Below are positions 34,156-44,486 of a stretch of DNA of 64,000 bases, piece after piece. Under the pieces are notes generated by a model, which worked only from the letters and a program-made list of their open reading frames with translations, was not told where the DNA came from and did not search any database. The position numbers were made by a program, and so were the translations under genes. Numbering within the stretch: the first letter of the stretch is position 1; every line of letters begins with the position of its first letter. Origin of the DNA: Gammaproteobacteria bacterium (lineage in GTDB: Bacteria > Pseudomonadota > Gammaproteobacteria > Eutrophobiales > Eutrophobiaceae); assembly GCA_026710545.1 (NCBI GenBank), contig JAPOQU010000108.1, forward strand, positions 8,196-72,195, given 5' to 3'.

Positions 34156-35373
34156 ATGGCAGCCGGATTAACACATTCCACAGATCTCTCGCCTGTTGAC
34201 GGCATCAGGCTTGCCGGCTGTTCGGCAGGGATTTATGGCGCGGCCAGGGACGACCTGGCCTTGTTCGAGATCTGCGACGGCGCCAGAGTCAGCGCAGTGT
34301 TTACCCGCAACCGGTTTTGCGCGGCGCCGGTTACCGTCGCCAGGAAGCACCTGCAGCATGGTCCCGTGAAATATCTGCTTGTCAACGCCGGTAATGCCAA
34401 TGCAGGGACAGGTGCGCAAGGTGTCAACGATGCAACCCAGGTCTGCGAGGCCCTGGCCGGCCTGGCCGGGTGCGCCGCGGAGGCCGTATTACCGTTTTCC
34501 ACCGGGGTAATCGGAGAGTACCTGCCGGTCGATAAAATATGCCGCGCCCTGCCCGAACTGTTAGACAGGTTGGCGGATGACGCCTGGCCCGATTGTGCGC
34601 GGGCCATCATGACCACCGATACGCGGTTGAAAGGCAGTACCGCAACGGGTGTTGGTCCCGAAGCGTTCGCCGTAACCGGCATCGCGAAGGGCGCCGGCAT
34701 GATCAAACCGGACATGGCCACTATGCTTGCCTTTATCGCCACCGATGCCAACGTATCCCAGGGCGCCCTGGACCGCATACTGAAAACCGCCGTTGATGAA
34801 TCGTTCAACAGGATCTGTGTTGACGGCGATACCTCCACCAACGACGCCTGCGTCCTGGTCGCCACCGGCAAAAACAACGCCGGCAGGATGGTTGGTGAAG
34901 CCGGTCCGGCGTACGACCGTCTGGAAGCCCTGATAACGGAACTATGTACCCGTCTGGCCCAGGAAATTGTCAGGGATGGCGAGGGCGCCACGAAATTTGT
35001 GACTGTCCGGGTCGATAACGCCCGGAGTGAAACAGAATGTACTGCTGTAGCCGACGCCCTGGCGACGTCTCCGCTGGTCAAGACTGCATTATATGCGTCC
35101 GACCCCAATTGGGGCAGAATATTGGCAGCAATCGGGAGAAGCAAGGGCGTGGACCTGGATATAGACAGGATTTCTGTACATCTGAACGAGGTTTGCATCG
35201 TTGAAAACGGCGCCAGGGCAAAAGACTATACCGAAGAACGGGGAATAGCCGCCATGCAGGATGATGAAATCGAGATACGCATCGACCTGAACCAGGGAAC
35301 TGCAAGCGCCTGCTACTGGACCTGCGACCTGTCCCATGATTACGTCACGATTAACGCCGAATACAGGTCCTGA
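34156..35373 (+). CDS. argJ: bifunctional ornithine acetyltransferase / N-acetylglutamate synthase
   Basis: KGAGMIKPDMATML, DGDTSTND, DGEGATK and INAEYRS motifs. Confidence 0.96.
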   Translation: MAAGLTHSTDLSPVDGIRLAGCSAGIYGAARDDLALFEICDGARVSAVFTRNRFCAAPVTVARKHLQHGPVKYLLVNAGNANAGTGAQGVNDATQVCEALAGLAGCAAEAVLPFSTGVIGEYLPVDKICRALPELLDRLADDAWPDCARAIMTTDTRLKGSTATGVGPEAFAVTGIAKGAGMIKPDMATMLAFIATDANVSQGALDRILKTAVDESFNRICVDGDTSTNDACVLVATGKNNAGRMVGEAGPAYDRLEALITELCTRLAQEIVRDGEGATKFVTVRVDNARSETECTAVADALATSPLVKTALYASDPNWGRILAAIGRSKGVDLDIDRISVHLNEVCIVENGARAKDYTEERGIAAMQDDEIEIRIDLNQGTASACYWTCDLSHDYVTINAEYRS

Positions 35374-35385
35374 CGGACAATCAGG

Positions 35386-35410
35386 AATTACGAATTTCTA
35401 ATTCGTAATT
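35386..35410. repeat. heptamer-family palindrome
   Basis: AATTACGAATT-TCT-AATTCGTAATT, with perfect 11-bp arms. Confidence 0.85.
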
Positions 35411-35419
35411 ATTAATCCC

Positions 35420-36433
35420 ATGCGTGCCAGAGATCATATTGCCCTGGGCGTTGTCTACAACGCCGCCCGGGACAAGGTGCTGGTGGCCAAGCGCCCGCGC
35501 CATTCCCATCTCGGCGGCATGTGGGAATTTCCCGGCGGCAAGGTCAGGGGTGGCGAAACCCTGCTTCAGGCCCTGAAGCGGGAATTGTTCGAGGAACTCA
35601 ACATTGATGCCGGGGACTGTTCACCGCTTATCTCGTTCGATTACGATTATCCGGGTAAACCGTTACGGTTCAGCGTATGGAAAGTGTATGGCTGGACCGG
35701 ACAGTTGAGGGGTAATGAAGGGCAGACAACGCAGTGGGTGGATATTTCTTCCCTGGCGGCAACGGATTTCCCCGCCGCCAACAAGGGGATTATTACCGCC
35801 TGCAAACTGCCGGCAGTGTATCTCATCACCCCGGACCTGGACAGTTATTCTCCAGCCTTCATGAATGAGTTACGCAAATACCTGGCGGCCGGCGTGAAGC
35901 TGGTGCAGTTCAGGAGCAAATCGGCGCATAATCATAAACCTGCAGTCATGGAAATGATTGACGCGTGCAGGAGCTATGGCGCGGAACTCATAGTCAATTC
36001 CACTCCTGAGTTTGCCATGGAAACCGGCGCCGGCGGTGTCCACCTGACCGGCGAACGTCTGCTGGGATTAACGGGGCGGCCGTTGCCGTCCGGGTCCCGG
36101 GTTGGCGCTTCCTGCCATAACATGCGTGAGTTGATGCATGCGGTGGAGATTGATGTTGATTTCTGTGTCTTGTCCCAAGTGCGAAAAAAAGGGTCAGCCG
36201 CTACCGGCGGCGCCGGGGGGCAGGCCGCAGATTACACGGATGACACCCTGGGATGGGACGGGTTTTCCGAACTGGTCAGGCAGGTACCTGTTCCGGTTTA
36301 CGCCCTGGGCGGGATGAGACTCTCCGACCTGGCGAATGCCGCATCACACGGCGCTCAGGGAATTGCCCTGATCAGCGACGTGTGGGGCAGACCCGGTTCA
36401 GTTGCGAGAATAAACCGGGCATTATCCCGGTAA
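35420..36433 (+). CDS. Nudix hydrolase (MutT-like) fused to a thiamine-phosphate-synthase-like domain
   Basis: WEFPGGK...ALKRELFEEL Nudix box, FPAAN; C-terminal GVHL, ASCHN and PVYALGG motifs. Confidence 0.88.
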   Translation: MRARDHIALGVVYNAARDKVLVAKRPRHSHLGGMWEFPGGKVRGGETLLQALKRELFEELNIDAGDCSPLISFDYDYPGKPLRFSVWKVYGWTGQLRGNEGQTTQWVDISSLAATDFPAANKGIITACKLPAVYLITPDLDSYSPAFMNELRKYLAAGVKLVQFRSKSAHNHKPAVMEMIDACRSYGAELIVNSTPEFAMETGAGGVHLTGERLLGLTGRPLPSGSRVGASCHNMRELMHAVEIDVDFCVLSQVRKKGSAATGGAGGQAADYTDDTLGWDGFSELVRQVPVPVYALGGMRLSDLANAASHGAQGIALISDVWGRPGSVARINRALSR

Positions 36434-36436
36434 TGG

Positions 36437-37207
36437 TCAGGAAACGCCGAAATGCAGTTCGAATTCCACGTCATTCCCGGTCTGTTCCGGCCGGTTCGAG
36501 GTCTCGGACTGTTCCATGAACCGGACCGTAACCCGGTGTTTCCCGCCACTTACCTCAGGGAAATATTTCAGGTTCCTGGGAATGACGATCCTGATCAACT
36601 GGTATTTCGTGCCAGAATCGACGGATTGCTGAAAAACCCCCTCCTTGGCAGTTTCCTTGGTTGCGATAGCGTTATTCCGGATCAGGTTCAGCACCAGGTT
36701 TGTGCCCTTTTTGATGGTTAACATGTCTTCCTGCCATTCGCGCAGGCACTGTTGCTTGAAACGCGTAGACTTGTTCAACCAGTGGTGATAGGCGGGCAGG
36801 TCAAAATTGCAGGTGCCGCCTGCCACGGAGCTTTTCTGCCTGATGGACGTGATCAACTCATCCTTATCCAATGTTGCCCCGGGTACGTAGGCATTATCCT
36901 GCATGGTTTCAAGACATTCTTTGAGTTCGCTGAGGACCTGTTTGAGCTTGTATGAATCCACTCCCGGATTACCTTCCAGCGCGCCCAGGATTGACCGGCA
37001 CCGCTCCAATTCCTTGGCCAGGTCAGTTTTGCAGTCGGACCACTTCATTAGATCACTCAGGTCGATCAGCAGGGAGATAGTCAGGCGTATATCCCACAGG
37101 TCCGTCGATCCCGAATAATTATCCAGGCGGCGAAACAGGTTCTCAATTCTCAGTAACGTCCTGATACGTTCGCTCAGGGGATGTTCATATACGAGACTAT
37201 TTTCCAT
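36437..37207 (-). CDS. zapD: cell division protein ZapD
   Basis: YEHPLSERIRTLLRIE, GGTCNFDLP and PEVSGGKHR motifs. Confidence 0.92.
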   Translation of the reverse strand: MENSLVYEHPLSERIRTLLRIENLFRRLDNYSGSTDLWDIRLTISLLIDLSDLMKWSDCKTDLAKELERCRSILGALEGNPGVDSYKLKQVLSELKECLETMQDNAYVPGATLDKDELITSIRQKSSVAGGTCNFDLPAYHHWLNKSTRFKQQCLREWQEDMLTIKKGTNLVLNLIRNNAIATKETAKEGVFQQSVDSGTKYQLIRIVIPRNLKYFPEVSGGKHRVTVRFMEQSETSNRPEQTGNDVEFELHFGVS

Positions 37208-37229
37208 GGTTACCAGGTCAGGTTATCAG

Positions 37230-37847
37230 TTATTGGTTGTTTTTGTTAAGGGATAACTCGATATATTGGCCATGTAAATTCACGACCTTTTTTTTCAAAT
37301 CGTTAATATTACCATCGTTGACAATAATATCATGCGCGTAACGCAGTCTCTCCTCCCGGCTGATCTGGGATTTGATTATACTCCTTGTCTGTTCTTCATT
37401 CGCCTTGTCCCGCCGGGATACCCGCGCTACCTGTAATTCTTCGGGCGCATCGACCACCAGGACCCGGTCCACGGTTGCCTGCCTGCCCGTTTCCAGCAAC
37501 AGGGGTATGCAGATAATGCAATAAGGATAGGTTACCCGGGTCAGGAACTCCTGTATTCCCCGGCGTACGCGGGGATGGATGATGGCTTCCAGTTGTTTTT
37601 TCATTGCCGGCCTGGCGAAGATCAGTTCGCGCAGGTATTGCCGGTTCAGGTTGCCTGCGTCGTCCAGGCACTGTTTGCCGAACAGGGCAACCACCTCGTA
37701 GAAAGCTGCCAGGCCGGGCCTGGTAATATCATGGGATATCTCATCTGCGTCTACCGTAGGGACGCCGAGGTCGTCAAAACAATTTTTGACTGTCGTTTTG
37801 CCGCTGCCTATCCCCCCGGTCAAGCCTACCCGCATGGGATGCTTCAT
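37230..37847 (-). CDS. coaE: dephospho-CoA kinase
   Basis: GLTGGIGSGKT, LEAIIHP and IPLLLE motifs. Confidence 0.95.
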   Translation of the reverse strand: MKHPMRVGLTGGIGSGKTTVKNCFDDLGVPTVDADEISHDITRPGLAAFYEVVALFGKQCLDDAGNLNRQYLRELIFARPAMKKQLEAIIHPRVRRGIQEFLTRVTYPYCIICIPLLLETGRQATVDRVLVVDAPEELQVARVSRRDKANEEQTRSIIKSQISREERLRYAHDIIVNDGNINDLKKKVVNLHGQYIELSLNKNNQ

Positions 37848-38752
37848 GTCACAATCCCTCCCGGCAGGTACAGGTAATCAAAAACGTTCAACCCCCATAC
37901 CAGGCTGAGCCAGCCTGCCAGCGCAAGGAAAGGCCCGAACGCGATCTGTGCCGGTTCCTGCCTTGCCCCGCGCCGGGGCAGGCGTTGCCGCCCGCGCAGA
38001 AACACCAGGTATATACCGACCAGCGAACCGAGCAGTGAGGAAATGAAAATAATGGATGCCAATGCCTGCCAACCTGCCCATGCCCCGAGCATGGCGAGCA
38101 GTTTCAAATCTCCCAATCCCATTCCTTCCTTTCCGGCAATGAGTTTGAACAGCACATGGATCAGCCAGAATATTCCGTAACCGGCGACGGCGCCCATCAG
38201 GGCGGAATACAAATCAGTGAATAAACCGAAATAGTTACAAATCAGGCCCAGCCACAACAAAGGCAGGGTGATACTGTCCGGCAGCAGTTGATGGTCGATA
38301 TCGATAAAGGACAACGAAACAAGCGCCCAGGTAAACAGGCAGGCAAAAACCATTTGGGCGCTGACACCGAAGTTTATGGCGACAAGCACCGTCAGCAGGG
38401 CTGTCAGGGTTTCGACGAAGGGGTAACGTAACGGGATCCTGTTGTTGCAGCCGGAGCATTTCCCCCTGAGCAGCAGGTAACTCAGAACGGGAATATTCTC
38501 GACGGGAGTTATCCTGTGTCCGCAATGGGGACAACTGGATCCGGGCCTGACCAGGTTATACGGTTCCGGGCCGGGTTGTGCTGCAGGCGCGGTTTCGAGA
38601 AATTCATGACATTCCCGGCGCCATGCCGTCTCGATCATGACGGGGAGACGCCGTATAACCACGTTAAGAAAACTCCCGATGAGCAACCCGAGCACGGCGC
38701 TCAAGGCATAAAAAAAAGGGAGTGGTATCTGCGGGAGTATATTCAAGTTCAA
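37844..38752 (-). CDS. pilD: prepilin peptidase / N-methyltransferase
   Basis: GSFLNVVIRRLP, CPHC/CSGC zinc motif, IDIDHQLLPD, GMGLGDLKL and FGPFLA motifs. Confidence 0.95.
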   Translation of the reverse strand: MNLNILPQIPLPFFYALSAVLGLLIGSFLNVVIRRLPVMIETAWRRECHEFLETAPAAQPGPEPYNLVRPGSSCPHCGHRITPVENIPVLSYLLLRGKCSGCNNRIPLRYPFVETLTALLTVLVAINFGVSAQMVFACLFTWALVSLSFIDIDHQLLPDSITLPLLWLGLICNYFGLFTDLYSALMGAVAGYGIFWLIHVLFKLIAGKEGMGLGDLKLLAMLGAWAGWQALASIIFISSLLGSLVGIYLVFLRGRQRLPRRGARQEPAQIAFGPFLALAGWLSLVWGLNVFDYLYLPGGIVT

Positions 38753-38815
38753 TCGTCAGTATTCAGCGTGTATCTTTATACCAAATACCGGCGACTGACA
38801 ACTAAAATCTGGAAA

Positions 38816-41392
38816 CTAGCCGGCCGAAAACGTCAATACCCCGTCTTCGGCATCCACGCTAATGGTATCCGTGGCGTGAAATTTCCCGGCCAGCAGTTCC
38901 TTTGCCAGGGGAGTTTCCAGGTGGGTCTGTACAGCCCGCTTCAGGGGCCGTGCACCGTAAACGGGATCGAACCCGATATTCGCCAGGGTCTCTTTTGCCT
39001 TGTCCGAGATGGTGATGACTATGTCCTGCTCCGCCAGGCGCTGTTTCAGCCTGTTGACCTGGATCCCGGCAATGGCGTTGAGCTGCGATCGCTTCAACGT
39101 GTGGAAGACCACGAGGTCGTCAATACGGTTAAGGAATTCCGGCCGGAAATAAGAAGATACTAGTTCCAGCACCGTCGATTTCATCGTGCCATAGTCTGAA
39201 TCGTCCGGCAGTTCCCGTATGCGGTCGGAACCAAGGTTTGAGGTCATGATGATGACCGTGTTACGGAAATCAACCGTCCTGCCCTGGCCGTCGGTCAAGC
39301 GGCCATCGTCCAGCACCTGCAACAGGACGTTGAAAACATCGGGGTGGGCCTTCTCCACCTCGTCCAGCAGCACCAGGCTGTAGGGCCTGCGCCTGACCCG
39401 CTCGGTAAGTTGTCCGCCCTCGTCGTAGCCGACGTAACCCGGCGGTGCGCCGATCAACCGGGCTACCGCGTGTTTTTCCATGTATTCGGACATGTCGATG
39501 CGGACAATGGCCTCTTCGCTGTCAAATAAAAAGTCAGCCAGGGCTTTACACAGTTCCGTTTTTCCCACGCCGGTCGGACCGAGGAAGAGAAACGAACCGT
39601 TCGGCCTGTTGGGATCGGCAAGACCGGCGCGTGCGCGCCGGATGGCGTCCGCAACCGCGACGATGGCTTCATCCTGGCCGACAACCCGCTGCCGTAACGC
39701 TTCCTCCATCTGTAACAGTCTGTCTTTCTCGCCCTGCAGCATCCTGGCGACCGGTATTCCCGTCCACTTGGAAACCACTTCCGCAATCTCGTTTTCCGTT
39801 ACCTTGTTGCGTAGCAGCTGCATCGGTTTCGCTTCGGTCCGGTCTGCATTTTCCAGTTGCTTTTCGAGTTCCGGAATAATGCCGTATTGCAGTTCCGACA
39901 TCCGGTTGAGGTCGCCTGCGCGTTGCGCCGCTTCGAATTCCATGCGCGACTGTTCCAGCCGTTCCTTGATATCGTGCGCGCCCTGCAACGCCGCCTTTTC
40001 GGATTTCCAGATTTCTTCCAGGTCCGCAAACTCCAGTTCGACCTGGCTTATCTCGCTTTCGAGATCGGCCAGGCGTTGTATTGAAGCCTCATCGGTTTCC
40101 TTCTTCAGGGCTTCGCGCTCAATTTTCATTTGAATGAGGCGCCGCTCCAGGCGGTCCATCGCCTCCGGTTTGGAGTCGATCTCGATGCTGATACGGCTGG
40201 CCGCTTCGTCGATAAGGTCGATTGCCTTGTCGGGCAGTTGCCTGTCGGTGATGTAACGCTGCCCCAGCGTGGCTGCGGATATGATGGCCGGATCGGTAAT
40301 CTGCACATTATGGTGCACTTCATAGCGTTCCTTCAGGCCGCGCAGGATGGCAATGGTGTCGTTCACGTCGGGTTCGTCGATGAACAACTTCTGGAAGCGG
40401 CGTTCCAGCGCGGCGTCTTTTTCAATATTTTCCCTGTATTCATCCAGGGTTGTTGCGCCTATACAGTGCAGTTCTCCCCTGGCCAGGGCAGGTTTCAGCA
40501 TGTTGCCGGCATCCATTGACCCTTCCGCCTTACCGGCGCCGACCACGGTATGTACCTCGTCGATAAACAGGATGATGCGGCCCTGCTGCTTGTCGAGGTC
40601 GTTCAGGATGGCTTTCAGGCGTTCTTCAAATTCACCCCGGAATTTTGCTCCGGCAATCAGGGAACCCATGTCCAGGGCCAGCAACTGCTTTCCTTTCAGG
40701 GCATCGGGCACCTCGCCGTTGACTATGCGTTGCGCCAGGCCCTCGACTATCGCGGTCTTGCCTACACCCGGTTCGCCGATCAGCACGGGATTGTTTTTTG
40801 TTCGTCTCTGCAGGACCTGGATGGTGCGGCGTATCTCTTCATCCCGGCCGATCACGGGGTCCAGTTTTCCCTTGCCGGCCTGGTCGGTTAAATCAATCGT
40901 GAACTTGTCCAGCGCGCCGCGGTTGTCTTCACTGTGCGGGTCGTTGACATTTTCCCCGCCGCGGATCCTGTCTATTGCCGCCTCGGTTCTATGCTTATCG
41001 GCGCCGCACTCCTTCAGCAGTTTCCCCAACCCTGATTTATCTTCCAGCGCGGCAAGGGAGAACAGTTCGCTGGAGATAAATTGATCCTTGCGTTGCTGCG
41101 CGTACTTGTCGGTGAGGTTGAGCAGTCGCTCCAGCTCCCTGGACACGAATACTTCCCCGTCATGTCCCTGTATCCTGGGTAAATTATCCATGGCCCGGGC
41201 TATCCCCTTATGCAGGCGTCCTGTGTCTACCCCGGCGAGGCCCAGCAGGTGGGTGGTCGAGCCGCCTTCCTGGTCCAGCAGTGCGGCCATCAGGTGTACC
41301 GGTTCAATGAACTGGTTATCGCGCCCGAGCGCCAGGCTCTGGGCGCTTGCCAGGGCCTGCTGAAATTTGCTGGTTAATCGATCAGTACGCAT
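38816..41392 (-). CDS. clpB: ATP-dependent disaggregase ClpB
   Basis: Two AAA+ modules ([16 protein letters not shown]), a middle coiled coil and GARPLKR; 858 aa. Confidence 0.97.
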   Translation of the reverse strand: MRTDRLTSKFQQALASAQSLALGRDNQFIEPVHLMAALLDQEGGSTTHLLGLAGVDTGRLHKGIARAMDNLPRIQGHDGEVFVSRELERLLNLTDKYAQQRKDQFISSELFSLAALEDKSGLGKLLKECGADKHRTEAAIDRIRGGENVNDPHSEDNRGALDKFTIDLTDQAGKGKLDPVIGRDEEIRRTIQVLQRRTKNNPVLIGEPGVGKTAIVEGLAQRIVNGEVPDALKGKQLLALDMGSLIAGAKFRGEFEERLKAILNDLDKQQGRIILFIDEVHTVVGAGKAEGSMDAGNMLKPALARGELHCIGATTLDEYRENIEKDAALERRFQKLFIDEPDVNDTIAILRGLKERYEVHHNVQITDPAIISAATLGQRYITDRQLPDKAIDLIDEAASRISIEIDSKPEAMDRLERRLIQMKIEREALKKETDEASIQRLADLESEISQVELEFADLEEIWKSEKAALQGAHDIKERLEQSRMEFEAAQRAGDLNRMSELQYGIIPELEKQLENADRTEAKPMQLLRNKVTENEIAEVVSKWTGIPVARMLQGEKDRLLQMEEALRQRVVGQDEAIVAVADAIRRARAGLADPNRPNGSFLFLGPTGVGKTELCKALADFLFDSEEAIVRIDMSEYMEKHAVARLIGAPPGYVGYDEGGQLTERVRRRPYSLVLLDEVEKAHPDVFNVLLQVLDDGRLTDGQGRTVDFRNTVIIMTSNLGSDRIRELPDDSDYGTMKSTVLELVSSYFRPEFLNRIDDLVVFHTLKRSQLNAIAGIQVNRLKQRLAEQDIVITISDKAKETLANIGFDPVYGARPLKRAVQTHLETPLAKELLAGKFHATDTISVDAEDGVLTFSAG

Positions 41393-41428
41393 AACATCTC
41401 CATAAAGTAGCTTCGCTATACTGTATTA

Positions 41429-41454
41429 ATATGGGCATCCCGCCGTGATTCAAG
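41429..41454 (-). promoter_or_regulatory. sigma32-type heat-shock promoter of clpB
   Basis: Minus strand reads CTTGAA, 13 nt, CCCATAT, matching the RpoH consensus. Confidence 0.75.
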
Positions 41455-41474
41455 GCCGGACAGAAAAACGGCGG

Positions 41475-41512
41475 ATATTCGGGGTCAGAGCATTTGCTCT
41501 GACCCCGAATAT
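41475..41512. repeat. GGGGTCAGAG palindrome (REP-like)
   Basis: ATATTCGGGGTCAGAGCA-TT-TGCTCTGACCCCGAATAT, with 18-bp perfect arms, abutting the pgeF stop codon. Confidence 0.9.
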
Positions 41513-42253
41513 TCACTCCATCCAGATCAGGCTTGCCATGCGCCCGGTAACGCCGTCCCTGCGGTAGGAATAGAACATCTCCTTGTTGGCGCAGGTACAT
41601 TGTTTGCAATCGGATATGTCTGTAACGCCCAGTTGCAGCAGATCCGTCTTGACCAGTTGTCCAAGGTCCAGGTACCAATGGCCTGCGCGGCCGGGAGTGG
41701 TTGCAAGCCGTGTTTCCGCCCAGATCGATGAGCAGGCGGAGACCACGTCGGCGCCAACCTCGTAATTTTCCTGGCTGATATGTGGCCCGACCCAGGCCGA
41801 CAGTTCATGAGGCGCGGCGTTAAACATGGACAGGCCGCGTTGGATTATCCTCTTGCACAGGCCGCGCCAGCCGATGTGCAGGGCCGCGATCTCGGTGCCG
41901 TCGCGGTTGCAGAGCAATAACGGGATACAGTCGGCGGTCTGTACCGCGCACACCACACCACCCGTACCGGTATATGCGCCGTCTGCAGGGCCGGGCTGTT
42001 CCGTCTCCGCCTTGATAACCCTGTTGCCGTGCTGCTGTTGCAGCCAGAGCGGTTCCGCCGGCAGGTTTAATTGCTTGCGCAGTTGCAGGCGGTTTTCCGC
42101 GACGGCCTCCGCTTCATCTCCGACGTGTCCGGCGAGGTTGAAACCGTTGAATGGAGCAGGGCTGGCGCCGCCGGAGCGGGTCGTGGTCCCCGCATGTACA
42201 TGCGCGGGAGCCGCCCAGTCCGCATCTATCCAGTTGTTATGCGTCCGTTTCAC
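41513..42253 (-). CDS. pgeF: peptidoglycan editing factor / purine nucleoside phosphorylase (YfiH family)
   Basis: NLAGHVGD, TADCIP, HIGWRG and FYSYRRDGVTGRM motifs; start probably GTG 42253. Confidence 0.92.
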   Translation of the reverse strand: MKRTHNNWIDADWAAPAHVHAGTTTRSGGASPAPFNGFNLAGHVGDEAEAVAENRLQLRKQLNLPAEPLWLQQQHGNRVIKAETEQPGPADGAYTGTGGVVCAVQTADCIPLLLCNRDGTEIAALHIGWRGLCKRIIQRGLSMFNAAPHELSAWVGPHISQENYEVGADVVSACSSIWAETRLATTPGRAGHWYLDLGQLVKTDLLQLGVTDISDCKQCTCANKEMFYSYRRDGVTGRMASLIWME

Positions 42254-43259
42254 TGCGTATGACAGCCAGGAGGTTTTCCATGTCGGCGGCGAGAGGCGCG
42301 TCCCACTCCACACGGTTACCGGTCACCGGGTGCGGCAGTTCCAGCCGCACCGAATGCAGGGCCTGCCTGGGAAAGGCGGCAAGCGCCTCCCTGAGCGTAG
42401 CCGATACGTTTTTCGGGAAGCGCTTCCTCCCTCCATAGACGGGGTCGCCGATGACGGGGTTGCCCAGGTGCGCCATATGGACCCGTATCTGATGGGTGCG
42501 TCCCGTCTCCAGGCTTAGTTTGATATCCGTGCAGACGGGGAATTTTTTTACGATCCGGTAATGGGTGACCGCGTGTTTTCCCTTGTCTGTCACGCTCATG
42601 CGCGTGCGTTGCGTCGGGTGCCTGCCAATGGCGGCGGTTATCGTCCCGCCGCTGATCAGCTGCCCGTGTACCACTGCACGGTACTCCCTGGTAATTTTTC
42701 TTTCCGACAAATCCCTGACCAGTCTTGTGTGGGCCGGCAGTGATTTTGCCACCACCATGATCCCGGAGGTGTCCTTGTCCAGGCGATGTACTATTCCTGC
42801 CCTCGGGATCTGCGCAAGTTCGGGACAGTAATACAGCAAGGCATTGACCAGGGTGCGGTCCGGGTTACCTGCACCGGGATGAACGACAATTCCCGGCGCT
42901 TTGTTGACTACAAGAACGGCCTCGTCCTCGTGTATGACATCGATAGGGATTTCCTGTCCCGTCCATGTTTCGTTGTGACTGGTGATCTGTGCCCTTACCT
43001 CGATCGATTGTCCGCCCCGGACCGTGTCTTTCTGCTTCAGGGAAGCGCCGTCCACGGTAACAAAACCGTTCCTGATCCACGTCTGCAGGCGGGCGCGGGA
43101 ATGCTGTGGGCATAACCGGGCCAGGACCTGGTCAAGCCGCTTGCCGCTATGGCGGTCCGGCACGATTACCGTAAAGTTTTCGTCGACTGGGCTCACTGAA
43201 CGGTGAGGAAAGTGATGGAATAATCCCGGATTATTTGTTATAACCGGACCGAAATTCAA
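42237..43259 (-). CDS. rluD: 23S rRNA pseudouridine synthase D
   Basis: S4 domain; GIVHRLDKDTSG, LETGRTHQIRVH and RQALH motifs; true start may be GTG 43196. Confidence 0.95.
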   Translation of the reverse strand: MNFGPVITNNPGLFHHFPHRSVSPVDENFTVIVPDRHSGKRLDQVLARLCPQHSRARLQTWIRNGFVTVDGASLKQKDTVRGGQSIEVRAQITSHNETWTGQEIPIDVIHEDEAVLVVNKAPGIVVHPGAGNPDRTLVNALLYYCPELAQIPRAGIVHRLDKDTSGIMVVAKSLPAHTRLVRDLSERKITREYRAVVHGQLISGGTITAAIGRHPTQRTRMSVTDKGKHAVTHYRIVKKFPVCTDIKLSLETGRTHQIRVHMAHLGNPVIGDPVYGGRKRFPKNVSATLREALAAFPRQALHSVRLELPHPVTGNRVEWDAPLAADMENLLAVIRSETDA

Positions 43260-43286
43260 GTAGATGTTGATAACACCAAAGCGAAC

Positions 43287-44480
43287 GTGAGAAAGGCTAT
43301 AAACAAGTTATTTACCAGGATTTATAGCACGAAATTTATTCCGTTTAAAGGCAGTTCGATTTTTCCTCCTAAACCGGGTTTTGCCGGATTTGTTATTCAA
43401 TCCGTAGTCGCCGGGTTGGCCGTTGCCTTCGTGCTGCTGTATCTGTTCCCCGGCCTGTATTCCGCGCAAAACGGCAGTGGAGCTACGCCTGGCCGGGAAG
43501 GTGTCGTCTCCTACCGCGATGCGGTGAACGCGGTGGCGCCGGCGGTAGTTAACGTCTACTCCACACGCATAGAGCGGCGCACAATTCATCCCTTTTTCCA
43601 GGATCCTCTGTTCCGCCGTTTTTTCGGCCCGCAGGCACCGGCAGAGAGGCGCAACAATCTCGGTTCCGGGGTGATTATGGACGCAAGAGGCTATCTGCTG
43701 ACCAATGCCCACGTCATCCGCAATGCAGACGAAATACTCGTTACCTTGTATGACGGCCGGCAGGGTTCTGCGGAGGTCGTGGGCGTAGACGTGGATACCG
43801 ACCTGGCCGTGCTGAAAATAGCCATGGATAACCTCCGGGTCGCGCCCACCAGCGATTCCAGCCTGGTAAGAGTGGGAGACGTTGTCCTGGCCATAGGCAA
43901 TCCCTACGATTTCGGACAGACGGTCACCCAGGGCATCGTCAGCGCCACGGGCCGTAACAGGGTGGGGATTACGACGTTCGTGAATTTTATCCAGACCGAC
44001 GCTGACATCAACCCGGGCAACTCCGGCGGCGCCCTCGTTTCCGCCCTGGGGAAACTGATCGGCATCAACACTGCCATAATATCCAGCAGTGGTGGTTCGC
44101 AAGGCATAGGTCTGGCTATTCCGACGAACCTGGCGCTGGACGTGTTGCAGCAAATAATTGAATTCGGTCACGTCATCCGGGGCTGGATCGGCATCGAAGC
44201 GCAGATCGTCCCGCAGGACATCAGGGATGCGGCAGGACTGGACGAAAGCGGCATCCTGATTGCCGCGGTCCTCAACGGCAGTCCGGCAGATCAGGCGGGA
44301 ATCATGCCCGGCGATATCATGACACGGATCGACGGTAAGCCGCTGTATGACCCGCGCGCCACGATCAACATGATCTCACAGGTCAAACCGGGCGCCAGTG
44401 TGGAAATAGAACTCCTGCGCGGCTGGAAAACACAGACGGTGGAGGTGCAGGTGGCGGAACGCCCCGCCCCCATGCAGTGA
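43287..44480 (+). CDS. degS: DegS/AlgW-type membrane-anchored serine protease with one PDZ domain
   Basis: N-terminal TM; LGSGV, TNAHV, TDLAVLK and GNSGG motifs; single PDZ domain. Confidence 0.85.
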   Translation: MRKAINKLFTRIYSTKFIPFKGSSIFPPKPGFAGFVIQSVVAGLAVAFVLLYLFPGLYSAQNGSGATPGREGVVSYRDAVNAVAPAVVNVYSTRIERRTIHPFFQDPLFRRFFGPQAPAERRNNLGSGVIMDARGYLLTNAHVIRNADEILVTLYDGRQGSAEVVGVDVDTDLAVLKIAMDNLRVAPTSDSSLVRVGDVVLAIGNPYDFGQTVTQGIVSATGRNRVGITTFVNFIQTDADINPGNSGGALVSALGKLIGINTAIISSSGGSQGIGLAIPTNLALDVLQQIIEFGHVIRGWIGIEAQIVPQDIRDAAGLDESGILIAAVLNGSPADQAGIMPGDIMTRIDGKPLYDPRATINMISQVKPGASVEIELLRGWKTQTVEVQVAERPAPMQ

Positions 44481-44486
44481 ATTGAT

